64,000 nt of DNA, from contig OZ316893.1 in the NCBI GenBank assembly GCA_973895155.1, positions 4,508,490 to 4,572,489 on the forward strand, written 5' to 3'. Shown one piece after another: positions 1-11,183 of this stretch. Under the pieces are notes generated by a model, which had not been told where the DNA came from, did no database searches, and was given only the letters and a program-made list of their open reading frames with translations. This DNA is from Marsupella aquatica. Taxonomy: Eukaryota > Plantae > Marchantiophyta. The position numbers and the translations under genes are program-made. Every line of letters starts with the position of its first letter. Position 1 is the stretch's first letter.

Positions 1-1151
1 GGTATTCCCATCAGTTATTTCACAGAGTGGTAAAACTAACAACATGGGACTTTGAAGCTCTTTGGCGAGGATGCAGTGTGAGGTTTTTGGATCTTCCATT
101 GGACGGCAAGTGCAGAACGAAAGAGGGAAGAGATCTAGTGTCCAAAAAATTCCTCAGAGATTATTGCGAAGCGAGCTGCCGAAGAGAGGGCCCGAAAATT
201 CAAGGGTACATGCTAAATTGAAACTTGTCCAAAGATTATTCAATGGTCAAGATGAGCCCTCAAGTCGAGAAGAATCACCTAGGCTGGGATTACAGTCTCA
301 GAGACAAGTGGGCGGTACTCCAACTGAAGATGTGAATATCATTAGAAGATTTCAAACTAGAAATCTCCGAACACCTATTACATTTTCAGAAGACTCTAAA
401 GAGAGATCAGAGGAGGCTGCAAATGACAGAGAGATTGCTGTAATCTCAAATGTTGTTGAAGAGATCCTGGGATGTGAGATTGTTCATGAAATAGTGACAG
501 AAAATGTGGAGAGTGGAACAACTCTATAGAAGATCTTTTTGTTTTAAATTCTAATTCACTAGAAAATAGTGGGGGGGTAAGTTCTCCCGACACTATTCAG
601 GATAGAGTAGAGGTGACAAGACCTAGTAAGAAAATCAGAGATCAGATGATTAGAAAAGATAGACTTACCATTGCAAATCTAAAAAAAACGCAAAATTAAA
701 GATATTTTTAAGTATCCCTGTTGTGACAAGTTTTGCTTGAGGTCTCTGGGTCTAGAGGAATGCTCAAAACAATGCAAGTATTATTTTGGTCTTAAACACT
801 TGCAAAAAAATATTTTGCTACGAGGTTGTATCATGAACAACTGTAGTACTTCTCGCTCGGGGGGGTCACTTCCGTGGAAGTGCCACATCACGTGCAACGA
901 AGTATAGGGCCATTTAATTGGGTTCGGCGGAAGACTTCCGAAGTTTCATGGAAGAACAATAGGGTCCGTTTTAATTGTTGGGCCGCTTTAAAGAACAATA
1001 GGCATTTATTAAATGGGACATATTCCACGGAAGATGTCCATGAAAGTTAGGGTTGCTTGCAATAGTTCTACATGGGACACACGGCATGTTGTGATTGGTC
1101 CAAGTGTCATAATATAATTGGTACACGTGTAGGGTACTATAGTCAAAATTG

Positions 1152-1223
1152 AGTTTGGGGTTTTGGGGTTTGGGGTTTTGGGGTCTGGGGTTAACACATT
1201 TTGGGGTTTGGGATTTTGGGGTT
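1152..1223 (+). repeat. (T3-4G4)n G-rich tract, G-quadruplex-prone, subterminal
   Basis: tttggggttttggggtttggggttttggggtctgggg...ttggggtttgggattttgggg read directly. Confidence 0.8.
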
Positions 1224-3465
1224 TCTTTGGGGGGGCTTAATGCCGGTTTTGGAGGGGCCCCATGGTTTCCCCTCTCGATTTGCAGGAGCCATTGATTTCT
1301 AGATCCAATGGCCTACAAATGCCCGAGTTTAGGGTAACCTATTATCAACGAGAGGAGGGGGGCAAAAGGCATAAGGGCACTAGGGCCCACGGGAAGCACG
1401 ACCGCGCGGGAGGACCTTCGTTTCAAAAAAATGTTTTTGCTGCGTTGAGATTGAGTTGCAGCCGCAACATTGGAGAGGAGGCTGTCGAGTGTGCTGGAGG
1501 TCAAGAACTATTGCAAGGCTGCATTGGAGAGGAGGCTGGAGGTCGAGAACTACTGCGGTTGCATTGGAGAGGAGGCCAAAGGTGGAGAGGAGCTGCTGCT
1601 GCAGCATTCAAGAGGTGTTGTGGACTTGCCATTTTTGTGCATCACTTGCGGCTCAAGTTTTAGTTTGCTTTGAGCTTTCGCTTGCTGTTTTCTTCTGATG
1701 TAGTTTGCTGACATTTGAATAGGAGGAAGGCGACGCTGGAAAGAAATAGTGGGAGGACGTCGCTGCCTGGCTGGACATTTGGATCGAGGTCACTGTGGAG
1801 GTCACGATTGAATCTCGGATTGAATCATTGATTGTCATCCTGATCGTCGTGTGTGGTTCTTCACTTTGCAGCTTGCTATAGCCTGGAGGACGACTACTCT
1901 TCAGAGAACAGCAGTAACAAGTAAGTGCCCAAAATGCTGAGGACTTGTGCTTTCTGCCTCCCATATGCAAGCTTCACAGAAATTGACGTCTCTACCATGA
2001 TACCCTGGCTTGCTGATTGAGCTCGCTCGCTGCCTTGTTTGTATGTTTTTCATTCGCATGTATTAGGAGGACGACAATGCTGGTTGGAGGACTATTGTTG
2101 CCGGTTGTGTAGCTGCGTCACATTGGAAGACAAGGATGGTCCGGAAGGGACGCTCGGCGAGGGCGGAGGCGAGGGTAGAAGAGCATTACATCTAGTACCA
2201 GGTTTGAATCTGGCTCCTTGTCCAGGTTGCAATTGAAAGTTTCCTAGACAACCAAGTCCACATTGTCTGTGTGCTTGCATTGCCTACTCGCATTGAAAAG
2301 AGCTAGTCTAGAATGTTACGTAGCTATTTCTTTTGTAGTAGTAGCCAAGCGGAATCCACAGAAGAGGCTTCCAATGTAGTATGCGACGGTCTGTACACAT
2401 TGTTGTTGTGCTGCATTCATAATCATTGCTCGGACCTGGGTTTGGTCAGGTCTTGCAGAAGTTTTGGTCAGGTCCTGGCTGTGGAATTTTTCTGCATCTT
2501 GCTTCTGTTGAACTGTCAAACTGAGGATTTTGTGTCTTGCATAGGATCTTCCTGATCTATGGAGCTCGTTTTGCTTGCCTCTTATCGGAAGCAATTGGAT
2601 TGAATGTCTTGTATTCCCTTCCCCGTTGTTGCTTCTGAACTTTGGCCAATAGGCTTCTTTGTGGTAGGCCGCCTTGAAATTGCCTTGAAATTGGCCGGTT
2701 GAAAAGCTTTGAAGGAGGTGGAGCGACTGTGACCTTTTCCAGTGTTGTTACTACCAAATTTCCACTGCGAGGTATGTATGTGGTAATTAATTGATGTCGA
2801 TAGCAAATAGTTCAGTCTTGTTTGCTGTTAAGTAGGTTGAGTTCACTTCAGTTTACTAGACAGACAGACCCTCAGAGTTAAGCAAATACTTAAGTTCGAG
2901 GAAGCTTGTTGGTAGTAAGACTGTGAACAATGTCATAGCGCAGGTCAACATTATTGTCTGCAAGGGCTTCATTCTGAATTTTCTACTCCACTGTTGTCCT
3001 TGTAGGGCGAGGCGAGTTCACTTACTGGTGGTGGGTCTCGGATCGTGTTGTTTAGGGCTGTATTCTATATTGGTGTTGTGCAGAAAACAACATACTTCAG
3101 GTGTGGATCTCCCTTCTTTTCAATTAATTATGGTCTGGTGTATGTACTATAGATGAAGTTGTGTAGTATTATAATTCAACTGTTTGACTGATTTGAATGT
3201 ACAGAGACAGGACAGTGGACCGATCTAGGGGAATGGACACTTGTTTCATGGATATGCATTTTTACTCTCATTTTTACTGCGCTGGTGAGTTGCTGATATG
3301 TTTTAATTGTGCACTATGGAATGTGTAGATTCACACAATCTTGGGTGGTGAGCAGGAGTTCAGGTTCTCATTCGACTACAGAAGTTGTGGGGAGCCTAGG
3401 ATCCAAGTAAGCTCCACTTTGTTGCAGAGGACAACAGGGCCTTTAGCTTTAGGGTTGACTATGCC

Positions 3466-3933
3466 ATGGGTCGTAGATATGAGTCTGCACCAAAGGTTTT
3501 GCCCTGTTCAATTTTGAAGCCAATTTTTGAGGGTGTGAATGCCTTCTTAGTTCCAAATGAATTTTCAAGAGCTCGTTTTGAAGTTTTCCATAGAAAGTTA
3601 ATTGAACGTCATGGTCAGCTTTGCACTGTTGCTTCCAGCAACACCACTCACATTGTTGCTGGTTCTTGGAGAGCAGTCATGTCCAAGTGGACATGGTCTG
3701 GTGTTAATTCCCTCATTCAAGAGCAGGCATTGAAAGTTGTCTCATTTGAATGGATGTGCGAATCCCTCAAAGCAGGAGTCCTATTGGAAGAAGGCCCTTT
3801 CAACTTAATGTTGACTGAGGTAAAGTCTGAGGTAGATTGCGCTAAGAGAAAAGTAGAACAGATTGAACAGGATAAGGCAGGTTCAGTTTGGAGAAGTATA
3901 AACTTGATCATGCCAAAATGTAAATGTGTGTAG
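3466..3933 (+). CDS. BRCT-domain protein/exon resembling the X-family polymerase (Pol lambda) N-terminal BRCT
   Basis: IFEGVNAFLV...RKLIERHGQL...TTHIVA...KVVSFEWMCESLKAG matches the BRCT pattern (F-x-G, THxV, W-x-x-x-S). Confidence 0.7.
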   Translation: MGRRYESAPKVLPCSILKPIFEGVNAFLVPNEFSRARFEVFHRKLIERHGQLCTVASSNTTHIVAGSWRAVMSKWTWSGVNSLIQEQALKVVSFEWMCESLKAGVLLEEGPFNLMLTEVKSEVDCAKRKVEQIEQDKAGSVWRSINLIMPKCKCV

Positions 3934-4221
3934 CTTACTGTAAATGTAACCTCTACTCAGTCTTGGAGCAATTTAATAAAGTGTTGCTTGCTGCAATTCT
4001 TTGCAGATCCGCTGTTTGGTTCTTGGAGCACTATGTAGTTCCTTTGGTTTGTGTAGGTTTTTAAAGATTAGTTGCTTCTCTTTTTTGTGCAGGGACATTC
4101 TAGCGCAAGGCAGAAAGTGTGGAAGTTCTGGGTCCAAGCAAAGGTCGGCCCCTGTACCCTATTTGTTGTGGCCTTGTGATTTTGTTGGAGTGAGCACAAT
4201 CTCAATCTAGGTGCACTAAAG

Positions 4222-4659
4222 ATGGTTGTGACACGCAGTGCATTGTCTGAGTACCATCAACAGAAGGGTGAGCGATTTTGTGTGAAGATGATTCACAATG
4301 GGGTCGTGCCTGCAGACTGTGCTGTGACGTGGGGCTATCCAAGTCTGCCTCGCAACCATTATAGGAGGCTGAATACATCCCCACTAGTCCCAAACAGTAT
4401 CCGTCTAGTTAAACAGACACTTGGGGTGTTGGATGAGGACTGTGTCTTCCTGGAGGCTTGTCTCCATTGTCACACCCAGACAAGTGATCGTTGTAGGGGA
4501 GGTCACTCAAACATAGTGCAAACTTTTGCACAGTACATGGCAAGAATGGCATGGGGCGGTTGCCTAGCATGGAATACTTGTCATTTCATCAATGATTGTG
4601 TCTGTGGTGGGACACGTCCAGGTTCTGCCCGTGATGATGATGCACATTCAAGTTGCTGA
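4222..4659 (+). CDS. Hypothetical Cys/His-rich 145-aa protein (transposon cargo)
   Basis: ATG-initiated ORF between the BRCT and PHD ORFs on the same strand; no family recognised. Confidence 0.35.
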   Translation: MVVTRSALSEYHQQKGERFCVKMIHNGVVPADCAVTWGYPSLPRNHYRRLNTSPLVPNSIRLVKQTLGVLDEDCVFLEACLHCHTQTSDRCRGGHSNIVQTFAQYMARMAWGGCLAWNTCHFINDCVCGGTRPGSARDDDAHSSC

Positions 4660-4684
4660 CTTCTAATCTGCATTCCTCATATTA

Positions 4685-5325
4685 CGGTCTCATTCACAAT
4701 TGGGTGTACCTCGCAGGAACCACTTTCAGGACTCAAAAAACATGCTTTTTTAGTGAAAAATGACTTTTGTAACATGGAAAAAGGTTCATCATGATTTTAT
4801 CTCAAGACATTTAAGTCTAATTTTTTCACAAGACTATTTTACATGGTGTAACCTACCTCACCATGTAGATACATCAAGTTTTCAACTGTTTTAAGGGATC
4901 CTTTCATTGATGGCCCTAAATAAGCCAAAATTACTGATTATTTTTGTCCCGTACATAAAGGTTTAGTGTGTGTCACTTTTTAAGTTTTGAAATATAAGAT
5001 TATGCTATTAGTATGCATGCTTTGGTAAAATTTCATTATCTAAAATGCATTTTTTAGAGTCCTTTTGAGTCCTGAAATGATGTGACCCGTTGCGTGACAA
5101 GTCCTTTTATCAATGTTTGAAGGACATATAAGGAAAGCTTCAAAGTCTCAAATGCTAGATAGTTTAATGAATGTTACCAACCTATAGGATGTTTATTAAG
5201 TATAGTACATCAAATTTTCTATATCATCTCATTACACCCTAAAAATGATATCCTAAAGCATAATAAACTATGGTCACTTTTGAGTGTGACGTTCCTTTTG
5301 GGTCCTCCAATTGTGAATGAGGCCT
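4685..5325. mobile_element. ~640-bp MITE, probably PIF/Harbinger (Tourist-like)
   Basis: TIRs GGTCTCATTCACAATTGG / CCAATTGTGAATGAGGCC, TA or TTA duplication, AT-rich interior. Absent from the mirrored arm (empty site near 9965). Confidence 0.85.
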
Positions 5326-5470
5326 TACAGGATGGATCAAAGGAGCCCACAGGGAAGTGATGCCCCTGGTGGAGGCTACTGGCTGTGATTGCTGGTGGAC
5401 TGTTGCTCCTTTTGGTACATCACATGCCTGTCCCTAATTTTTGAAGGTAATTTTGCAGATCTTGTTCAGC

Positions 5471-5956
5471 ATGGCACACATCGCTCGTCAGTTGCTGGAT
5501 CCAAGATTTGGGCATAGGGAGCACCTTCGTATGGATCCCCCTTGCTGTTTTGAATGTGACAAGGGAGGAACTGTTTTGTTCTGTGATGGCCCTTGTGGTC
5601 GCCATTTTCATTATGTAGTTGATGGCCACAACCCTGATGAAGAAGATGGCCATGGACCTACATGTCAGCGCATTGTCATTTCCAGAGGTCATGATTGGGC
5701 TGCAGCTTGGCTCTATGATCTCTGTCAGCAAAACAGAGGAAGATGTTTTGGTAGTGGGCTCCTTGGCAGAACCTTGAGACCCAGCACAAACGAGCCCCTT
5801 GTGGTCCAGTGTTCTCATGATGATTGCTACTCATTTTACCATGTGGGTTGCCTCCGGACACTTCTACGATTGGGGGAAATGCCATTCACCCGCCATCCAG
5901 ATAACCCTGATGCACATCCCGATGCTTTTATATGCCCACGACTAGACACATCATGA
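5471..5956 (+). pseudogene. Truncated copy of the EDM2-like PHD cassette gene
   Basis: Nearly identical to 9126-9821, but with two Cys substitutions and a ~220-bp deletion at microhomology CCCAYGAC that removes the third finger. Confidence 0.8.
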
Positions 5957-6280
5957 CTGCTACAAATTCCATCATCTTACAAACATGAAAGTTTTATGAT
6001 GATTTAAAAAATGCCTATTAAGAAAAGTAAAGTACCTCAATAATGTAGAGCCATTTGTGCAAATTGATGCGCATTTCCAATACATTTAATGAATTTACAT
6101 CATGAAGCTGAATATCTTGTAAATTGCATTCATCATCATCCAACTTGTAGTTTTCACTCTTGAATAGTGAAGCATGGTGGGTGCCAGATACTATGAATAG
6201 GTAACCGAACACCATAGGTTGCCTATTCAAGGCATCGGTACTCTACCTTGTTTCACAAACTCCTGCATGATGATGTCCAC

Positions 6281-6339
6281 ATGACGGAGGGGAATTGAAC
6301 CCCTGATTGAGCATAAATCTCAATTTGCCAATCCGCCAT
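6281..6339 (-). ncRNA. tRNA-like cloverleaf lacking a D arm, 59 nt, downstream of the P-like transposase stop
   Basis: Minus strand ATGGCGG-ATTGGCAA-ATTGAG(ATTTATG)CTCAAT-C-AGGGG(TTCAATT)CCCCT-CCGTCAT: 7-bp acceptor stem, 6-bp stem with 7-nt loop, 5-bp T stem with TTCAATT loop. Confidence 0.55.
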
Positions 6340-6428
6340 CCCCTACTCTACTCCCTCCCACTAACCCTACACATGCATCACATACACACACAACAAACTA
6401 CTTTTAATAAACAATAGTCAATTATATA

Positions 6429-8690
6429 TCACAATTTACTCACACTTTGAATGTATGTAGTCAAAGCCTGCAAATCACTTGCATCTAGTACATACACTCT
6501 ATCAACTATCCCAGACTTCATTGTCAAGTTCACATTTGAAATTACCATCTCAATATCAATCCATTGTCCATCTGTTGCAACATAAGTGAACAAAGTTTTG
6601 TTGTTACCAGTAGATTTGTACCAATTACACTGCAAGCGGCACACACTTCCACTCTATCCAACTGCAGGTACAGGTCTGTCCAACAGATCTATTGCTTTCC
6701 GACGTCTGACCCAATGGGAGCCATTCTTCTGTATCATAAACTCAATCCTACCCAACCAATATTCTTTCTTTGCAGATGTTGCATCAACAACAGGCCCTTT
6801 ATCTATTCCCTTCCTCTTCTTTGACTTGGATGATCTGGTAGAAGGACCAACCTCTGCAACAGACTCAAACAAAACTGCTATATCAGTACCAATGTCAACC
6901 AAACAAGTCACAGAGTCACCATTTTCCTTCTCCTTACCAGTAGTGTAATAGGTCTTCTGGGCTATCCTAGTTAGCCTATCCTTTGACATGAAAGGATTGC
7001 AGCACAACCCTTCCTTGCCACCAAAAGCACCACATCTATGTCCATTCACAATATTTCTCAGAAACAATCTTAAATCTTTCCTATCATGGGCTACTCCTAA
7101 TAAATCTTCTAGCTTCTTTCGCCTAACACTCAGGGCACAAATTTTGTGAGCCTGTTGTGCCAACAGCCAACGCTGTTTCCTAAAGCGAGTGGTGAGGTTA
7201 CCAACATGTTCCCTCAGTTCGGTTTTGGTCAAGTATGCCAACCTCATCCCACCCTATGTAGTCCTGTCTCCTCTCTGCACTAATGCTTCCGCTTCCCTGT
7301 GCACCCTGCCACGAAAATCATCTTCACGTTTTATAGAATCACATAGAGTGCAAGTGAGGTTTTGAAAACCACCTCCATTAATGGACACCCTGTGACATTG
7401 CTTGTGCCTAAAACAACCTTGTATACCAACAACTGACTGACTAGTTACATTGAAAACCTCAGCACAGGTTGTACGGTCACAATCCCACACATTTCCTCCC
7501 TCTTGATCATCAAGTGTGCCTTTCATAGCCATAGAATCCCCTGTCCACTTCACCTTTGACTCCCACAGGCCCCAACAAAGCAAACTTAAACTTGGCTCAA
7601 TGGAGGAATACAACCCACCTCTGCCTGAACTGCTCCCTGCAGCAGAGCTGTCCTCTCTAAAGAAATTCAGAATAGAATTTTGAGATGGAAACAGATCACG
7701 AGCATCAGGCTTCCTTGGTCTCCCCTTCTTCCCTGCCCTCAGTGCAGCTTGGGTACTGGTGACAACGTTCTCAAGTGCATCCATATGATCCCGACTGACA
7801 AGGTGTTGCCTTAAATTGTGTTCCAAATTGGATTTCTTAGGGCACATGTCAGTATGTAGCTTGCCACAGACTGTACATCTGACCTTAAACAGGAATGACC
7901 TCTGTGCAAATGTTGGATCAGTGGGAGATGGTGTGATAGAGAACACTTCTACCACCCCACCTACCTCTGCATTCAACTTTCCCACTATTTCCACACCAGC
8001 CCCTATTCGCATACTATGATCAAACAGTGGTTGTTGTATAGTGTTAGCAGCCGTCACCAAAGCTCCAGCTAAACCCCTTCGCTTACACCAGTTCTCCTTG
8101 TGTTTAGGGTTGGTCAGGTGCTTTGTCTTGAAGTTGCTAAAGCAATTTGCGATGGACTTGAGCACCTGTGAAGTGGCTGCATTCCCATAAGTCTCCCTAC
8201 ACTCTAAGCATTCTAGATGACCTCGACACTCCCCTCCCTCATCCCACGTCCGCACTTTCCACTTGTGCTCACCAAAGCCCTTCTGGTTTACCCAGGATCG
8301 TAGCTTCACCCACTCATCATTCCAGGCCTTTGATGCAGCCTCAGACATGAGGTGAGACTCAAAGGAGCCCGTGACAGGCTGTACAGTAGCCTGTACTGGC
8401 ACCTCTTGTGTTTGTCCTTGAGACAATGGAGTCGTGCCTGCCACATTGGACACAGTGGTAGCAGATGAATGAGAGGAACCAATAGTGACCCTCTCCGCAG
8501 GCAAGGCAACTGAGGGTAACTCTGCAATGACGTAAATTGTCCCTTGAAGTTTAGTCACCCCAACAGTCTTCTCTGAAAAGCGCCGGACTCGACCAGGCAA
8601 CCTCTCATCCCAAAAATCAAAGTCAAACTCTATTGCACCAACACATTTTAGACGAAAATCTGCCAGAGTCTGCCCTTCTTTGAAGGACAT
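6429..8690 (-). pseudogene. P-like transposase, N-terminal Zn-finger region fused to C-terminus; catalytic core deleted
   Basis: ORFs 7254-8690 (CxxC...HxxxxxH fingers), 6654-7247 and 6429-6644. The C-terminal part is near-identical to 21318-21935. Deletion junction near 7010 (GGKEG|LCCNPF). Confidence 0.75.
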
Positions 8691-9125
8691 GACACAGATT
8701 GGCGTATCAGGCTTTCCTCTCTCCTCACCCTTTCTACCAATCTGACAGAGCTCATGCCTAGGTGTGCCATGATGGACAGTTATACAGGCTGTGAGGGAGA
8801 GGGATTAGGTAGATGAACCTGTCATACAACAATGGACAGACATGGAAAAAGATCAGGACTCAAGTCAACCATTCACAATGTCATCTGAACACTCAATCTA
8901 TTGTAGTCCATTTCAATTCATCAAAATTCCATTTTGTTTGACAACCAAATACTTAGGTCCCTTTCATTCATCGAAATACTTAAGTCCATAGCATTCAACC
9001 AAATACTTAAGTCCATAGCATTCAACCAAATACTTAAGTTCATATAATTTAGGTTGTCTTATGGGTCCACTACAAAAAAGGTTGAAGTTTGTAAGATGGT
9101 GGAATTTGTAGCAGTCATGATGTGT

Positions 9126-9821
9126 CTAGTCATGGGTACTAGGGATATCAGAACCCTCTGGAATGACATGGCGATTACAGTAAATCATGCGCCACTGTCC
9201 AATGTCCCAGGTGTCTCGGCCCCTCACCCCTCTCCTCAAGTGCCTGTCTGCTGTTGGTCCTTCATCACGACACCATGCACGAGGGCATCTACGACATTGG
9301 ACAAAGTCCCAAATGCCCTCCCGATACTCCTTACAGACCTCACAGTAATGTCGTGGGCATATAAAAGCATCGGGATGTGCATCAGGGTTATCTGGATGGC
9401 GGGTGAATGGCATTTCCCCCAATCGCAGAAGTGTCCGGAGGCAACCCACATGGTAAAATGAGTAGCAATCATCATGAGAACACTGGACCACAAGGGGCTC
9501 GTTTGTGCTGGGTCTCAAGGTTCTGCCAAGGAGCCCACAACCAAAACATCTTCCTCTATTTTGCTGACAGAGATCACAGAGCCAAGCTGCAGCCCAATCA
9601 TGACCTCTGGAAATGACAATGCGCTGACATGTAGGTCCATGGCCATCTTCTTCATCAGGGTTGTGGCCATCAACTACATAATGAAAATGGCGACCACAAG
9701 GGCCATCACAGAACAAAACAGTTCCTCCCTCGTCACATTCAAAACAGCAAGGGGGATCCATACGAAGGTGCTCCCTATGCCCAAATCTTGGATCCAGCAA
9801 CTGACGAGCAATGTGTGCCAT
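9126..9821 (-). CDS. Stand-alone EDM2/NSD-type multi-PHD finger protein
   Basis: CFECDEGGTVLFCDGPCGRHFH...CDLC...CFGCG...VVQCSHDDCYSFYHVGCL...FICPRHYCEVC...VQCRRCPRAW...MIYCNRH. ATG follows a TTTTGCAG acceptor. Confidence 0.85.
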   Translation of the reverse strand: MAHIARQLLDPRFGHREHLRMDPPCCFECDEGGTVLFCDGPCGRHFHYVVDGHNPDEEDGHGPTCQRIVISRGHDWAAAWLCDLCQQNRGRCFGCGLLGRTLRPSTNEPLVVQCSHDDCYSFYHVGCLRTLLRLGEMPFTRHPDNPDAHPDAFICPRHYCEVCKEYREGIWDFVQCRRCPRAWCRDEGPTADRHLRRGVRGRDTWDIGQWRMIYCNRHVIPEGSDIPSTHD

Positions 9822-9989
9822 GCTGAACAAGATCTGCAAAATTACCTTCAAAAATTAGGGACAGGCATGTGATGTACCAGAAGGAGCAACAGTCCACTAG
9901 CAATCACAGCCAGTAGCCTCCACCAAGGGCATCACTTCCCTGTGGGCTCCTTTGATCCATCCTGCAATATGAGGAATGCAGATTAGAAG

Positions 9990-10427
9990 TCAGCAACTTG
10001 AATGTGCATCATCATCACGGGCAGAACCTGGACGTGTCCCACCACAGACACAATCATTGATGAAATGACAAGTATTCCATGCTAGGCAACCGCCCCATGC
10101 CATTCTTGCCATGTACTGTGCAAAAGTTTGCACTATGTTTGAGTGACCTCCCCTACAACGATCACTTGTCTGGGTGTGACAATGGAGACAAGCCTCTAGG
10201 AAGACACAGTCCTCATCCAACACCCCAAGTGTCTGTTTAACTAGACGGATACTGTTTGGGACTAGTGGGGATGTATTCAGCCTCCTATAATGGTTGCGAG
10301 GCAGACTTGGATAGCCCCACGTCACAGCACAGTCTGCAGGCACGACCCCATTGTGAATCATCTTCACACGAAATCGCTCACCCTTCTGTTGATGGTACTC
10401 AGACAATGCACTGCGTGTCACAACCAT
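9990..10427 (-). CDS. Hypothetical Cys/His-rich protein (mirror of 4222-4659)
   Basis: One amino-acid difference from 4222-4659. Confidence 0.35.
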   Translation of the reverse strand: MVVTRSALSEYHQQKGERFRVKMIHNGVVPADCAVTWGYPSLPRNHYRRLNTSPLVPNSIRLVKQTLGVLDEDCVFLEACLHCHTQTSDRCRGGHSNIVQTFAQYMARMAWGGCLAWNTCHFINDCVCGGTRPGSARDDDAHSSC

Positions 10428-10715
10428 CTTTAGTGCACCTAGATTGAGATTGTGCTCACTCCAACAAAATCACAAGGCCACAACAAATAGGGTACAGGGG
10501 CCGACCTTTGCTTGGACCCAGAACTTCCACACTTTCTGCCTTGCGCTAGAATGTCCCTGCACAAAAAAGAGAAGCAACTAATCTTTAAAAACCTACACAA
10601 ACCAAAGGAACTACATAGTGCTCCAAGAACCAAACAGCGGATCTGCAAAGAATTGCAACAAGCAACGCTTTATTAAACTGCTCCAAGACTGAGCAGAGGT
10701 TACATTTACAGTAAG

Positions 10716-11183
10716 CTACACACATTTACATTTTGGCATGATCAAGTTTATACTTCTCCAAACTGAACCTGCCTTATCCTGTTCAATCTGTTCTACTTTT
10801 CTCTTAGCGCAATCTACCTCAGACTCTACATCAGTCAACATTAAGTTGAAAGGGCCTTCTTCCAATAGGACTCCTACTTTGAGGGATTCGCACATCCATT
10901 CAAATGAGACAACTTTCAATGCCTGCTCTTGAATGAGGGAATTAACACCAGACCATGTCCACTTGGACATGACTGCTCTCCAAGAACCAGCAACAATGTG
11001 AGTGGTGTTGCTGGAAGCAACAGTGCAAAGCTGACCATGACGTTCAATTAGCTTTCTATGGAAAACTTCAAAACGAGCTCTTGAAAATTCATTTGGAACT
11101 AAGAAGGCATTCACACCCTCAAAAATTGGCTTCAAAATTGAACAGGGCAAAACCTTTGGTGCAGACTCATATCTACGACCCAT
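10716..11183 (-). CDS. BRCT-domain protein/exon (mirror of 3466-3933)
   Basis: Same BRCT motifs; 3 amino-acid differences. Confidence 0.7.
   Translation of the reverse strand: MGRRYESAPKVLPCSILKPIFEGVNAFLVPNEFSRARFEVFHRKLIERHGQLCTVASSNTTHIVAGSWRAVMSKWTWSGVNSLIQEQALKVVSFEWMCESLKVGVLLEEGPFNLMLTDVESEVDCAKRKVEQIEQDKAGSVWRSINLIMPKCKCV

Larger units (their letters stand above)
1203..5984 (+). repeat. Left arm of ~4.4-kb near-perfect inverted repeat (partner 9087-13446)
   Basis: Mirror-image ORF sets with few substitutions. The left arm has an extra ~640-bp MITE and lacks ~220 bp of the PHD ORF. Confidence 0.95.

Noticed and set aside
1-700. ORF 62-529 and A-rich end as a gene or LINE 3' end
   Set aside because: No recognisable motif and truncated by the window edge; cannot be supported
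1152-1223. True telomere or interstitial telomeric repeat
   Set aside because: Short, irregular, not TTTAGGG, and part of a transposon subterminal region
1262-3156. Many short overlapping ORFs and their mirrors at 11493-13387
   Set aside because: Probably 5' UTR or intron sequence; apparent conservation is due only to the recent inverted duplication
6281-6339. Functional ochre-suppressor tRNA (loop centre UUA)
   Set aside because: No D arm, a 1-nt variable region and a non-canonical anticodon loop; kept only as a tRNA-like structure
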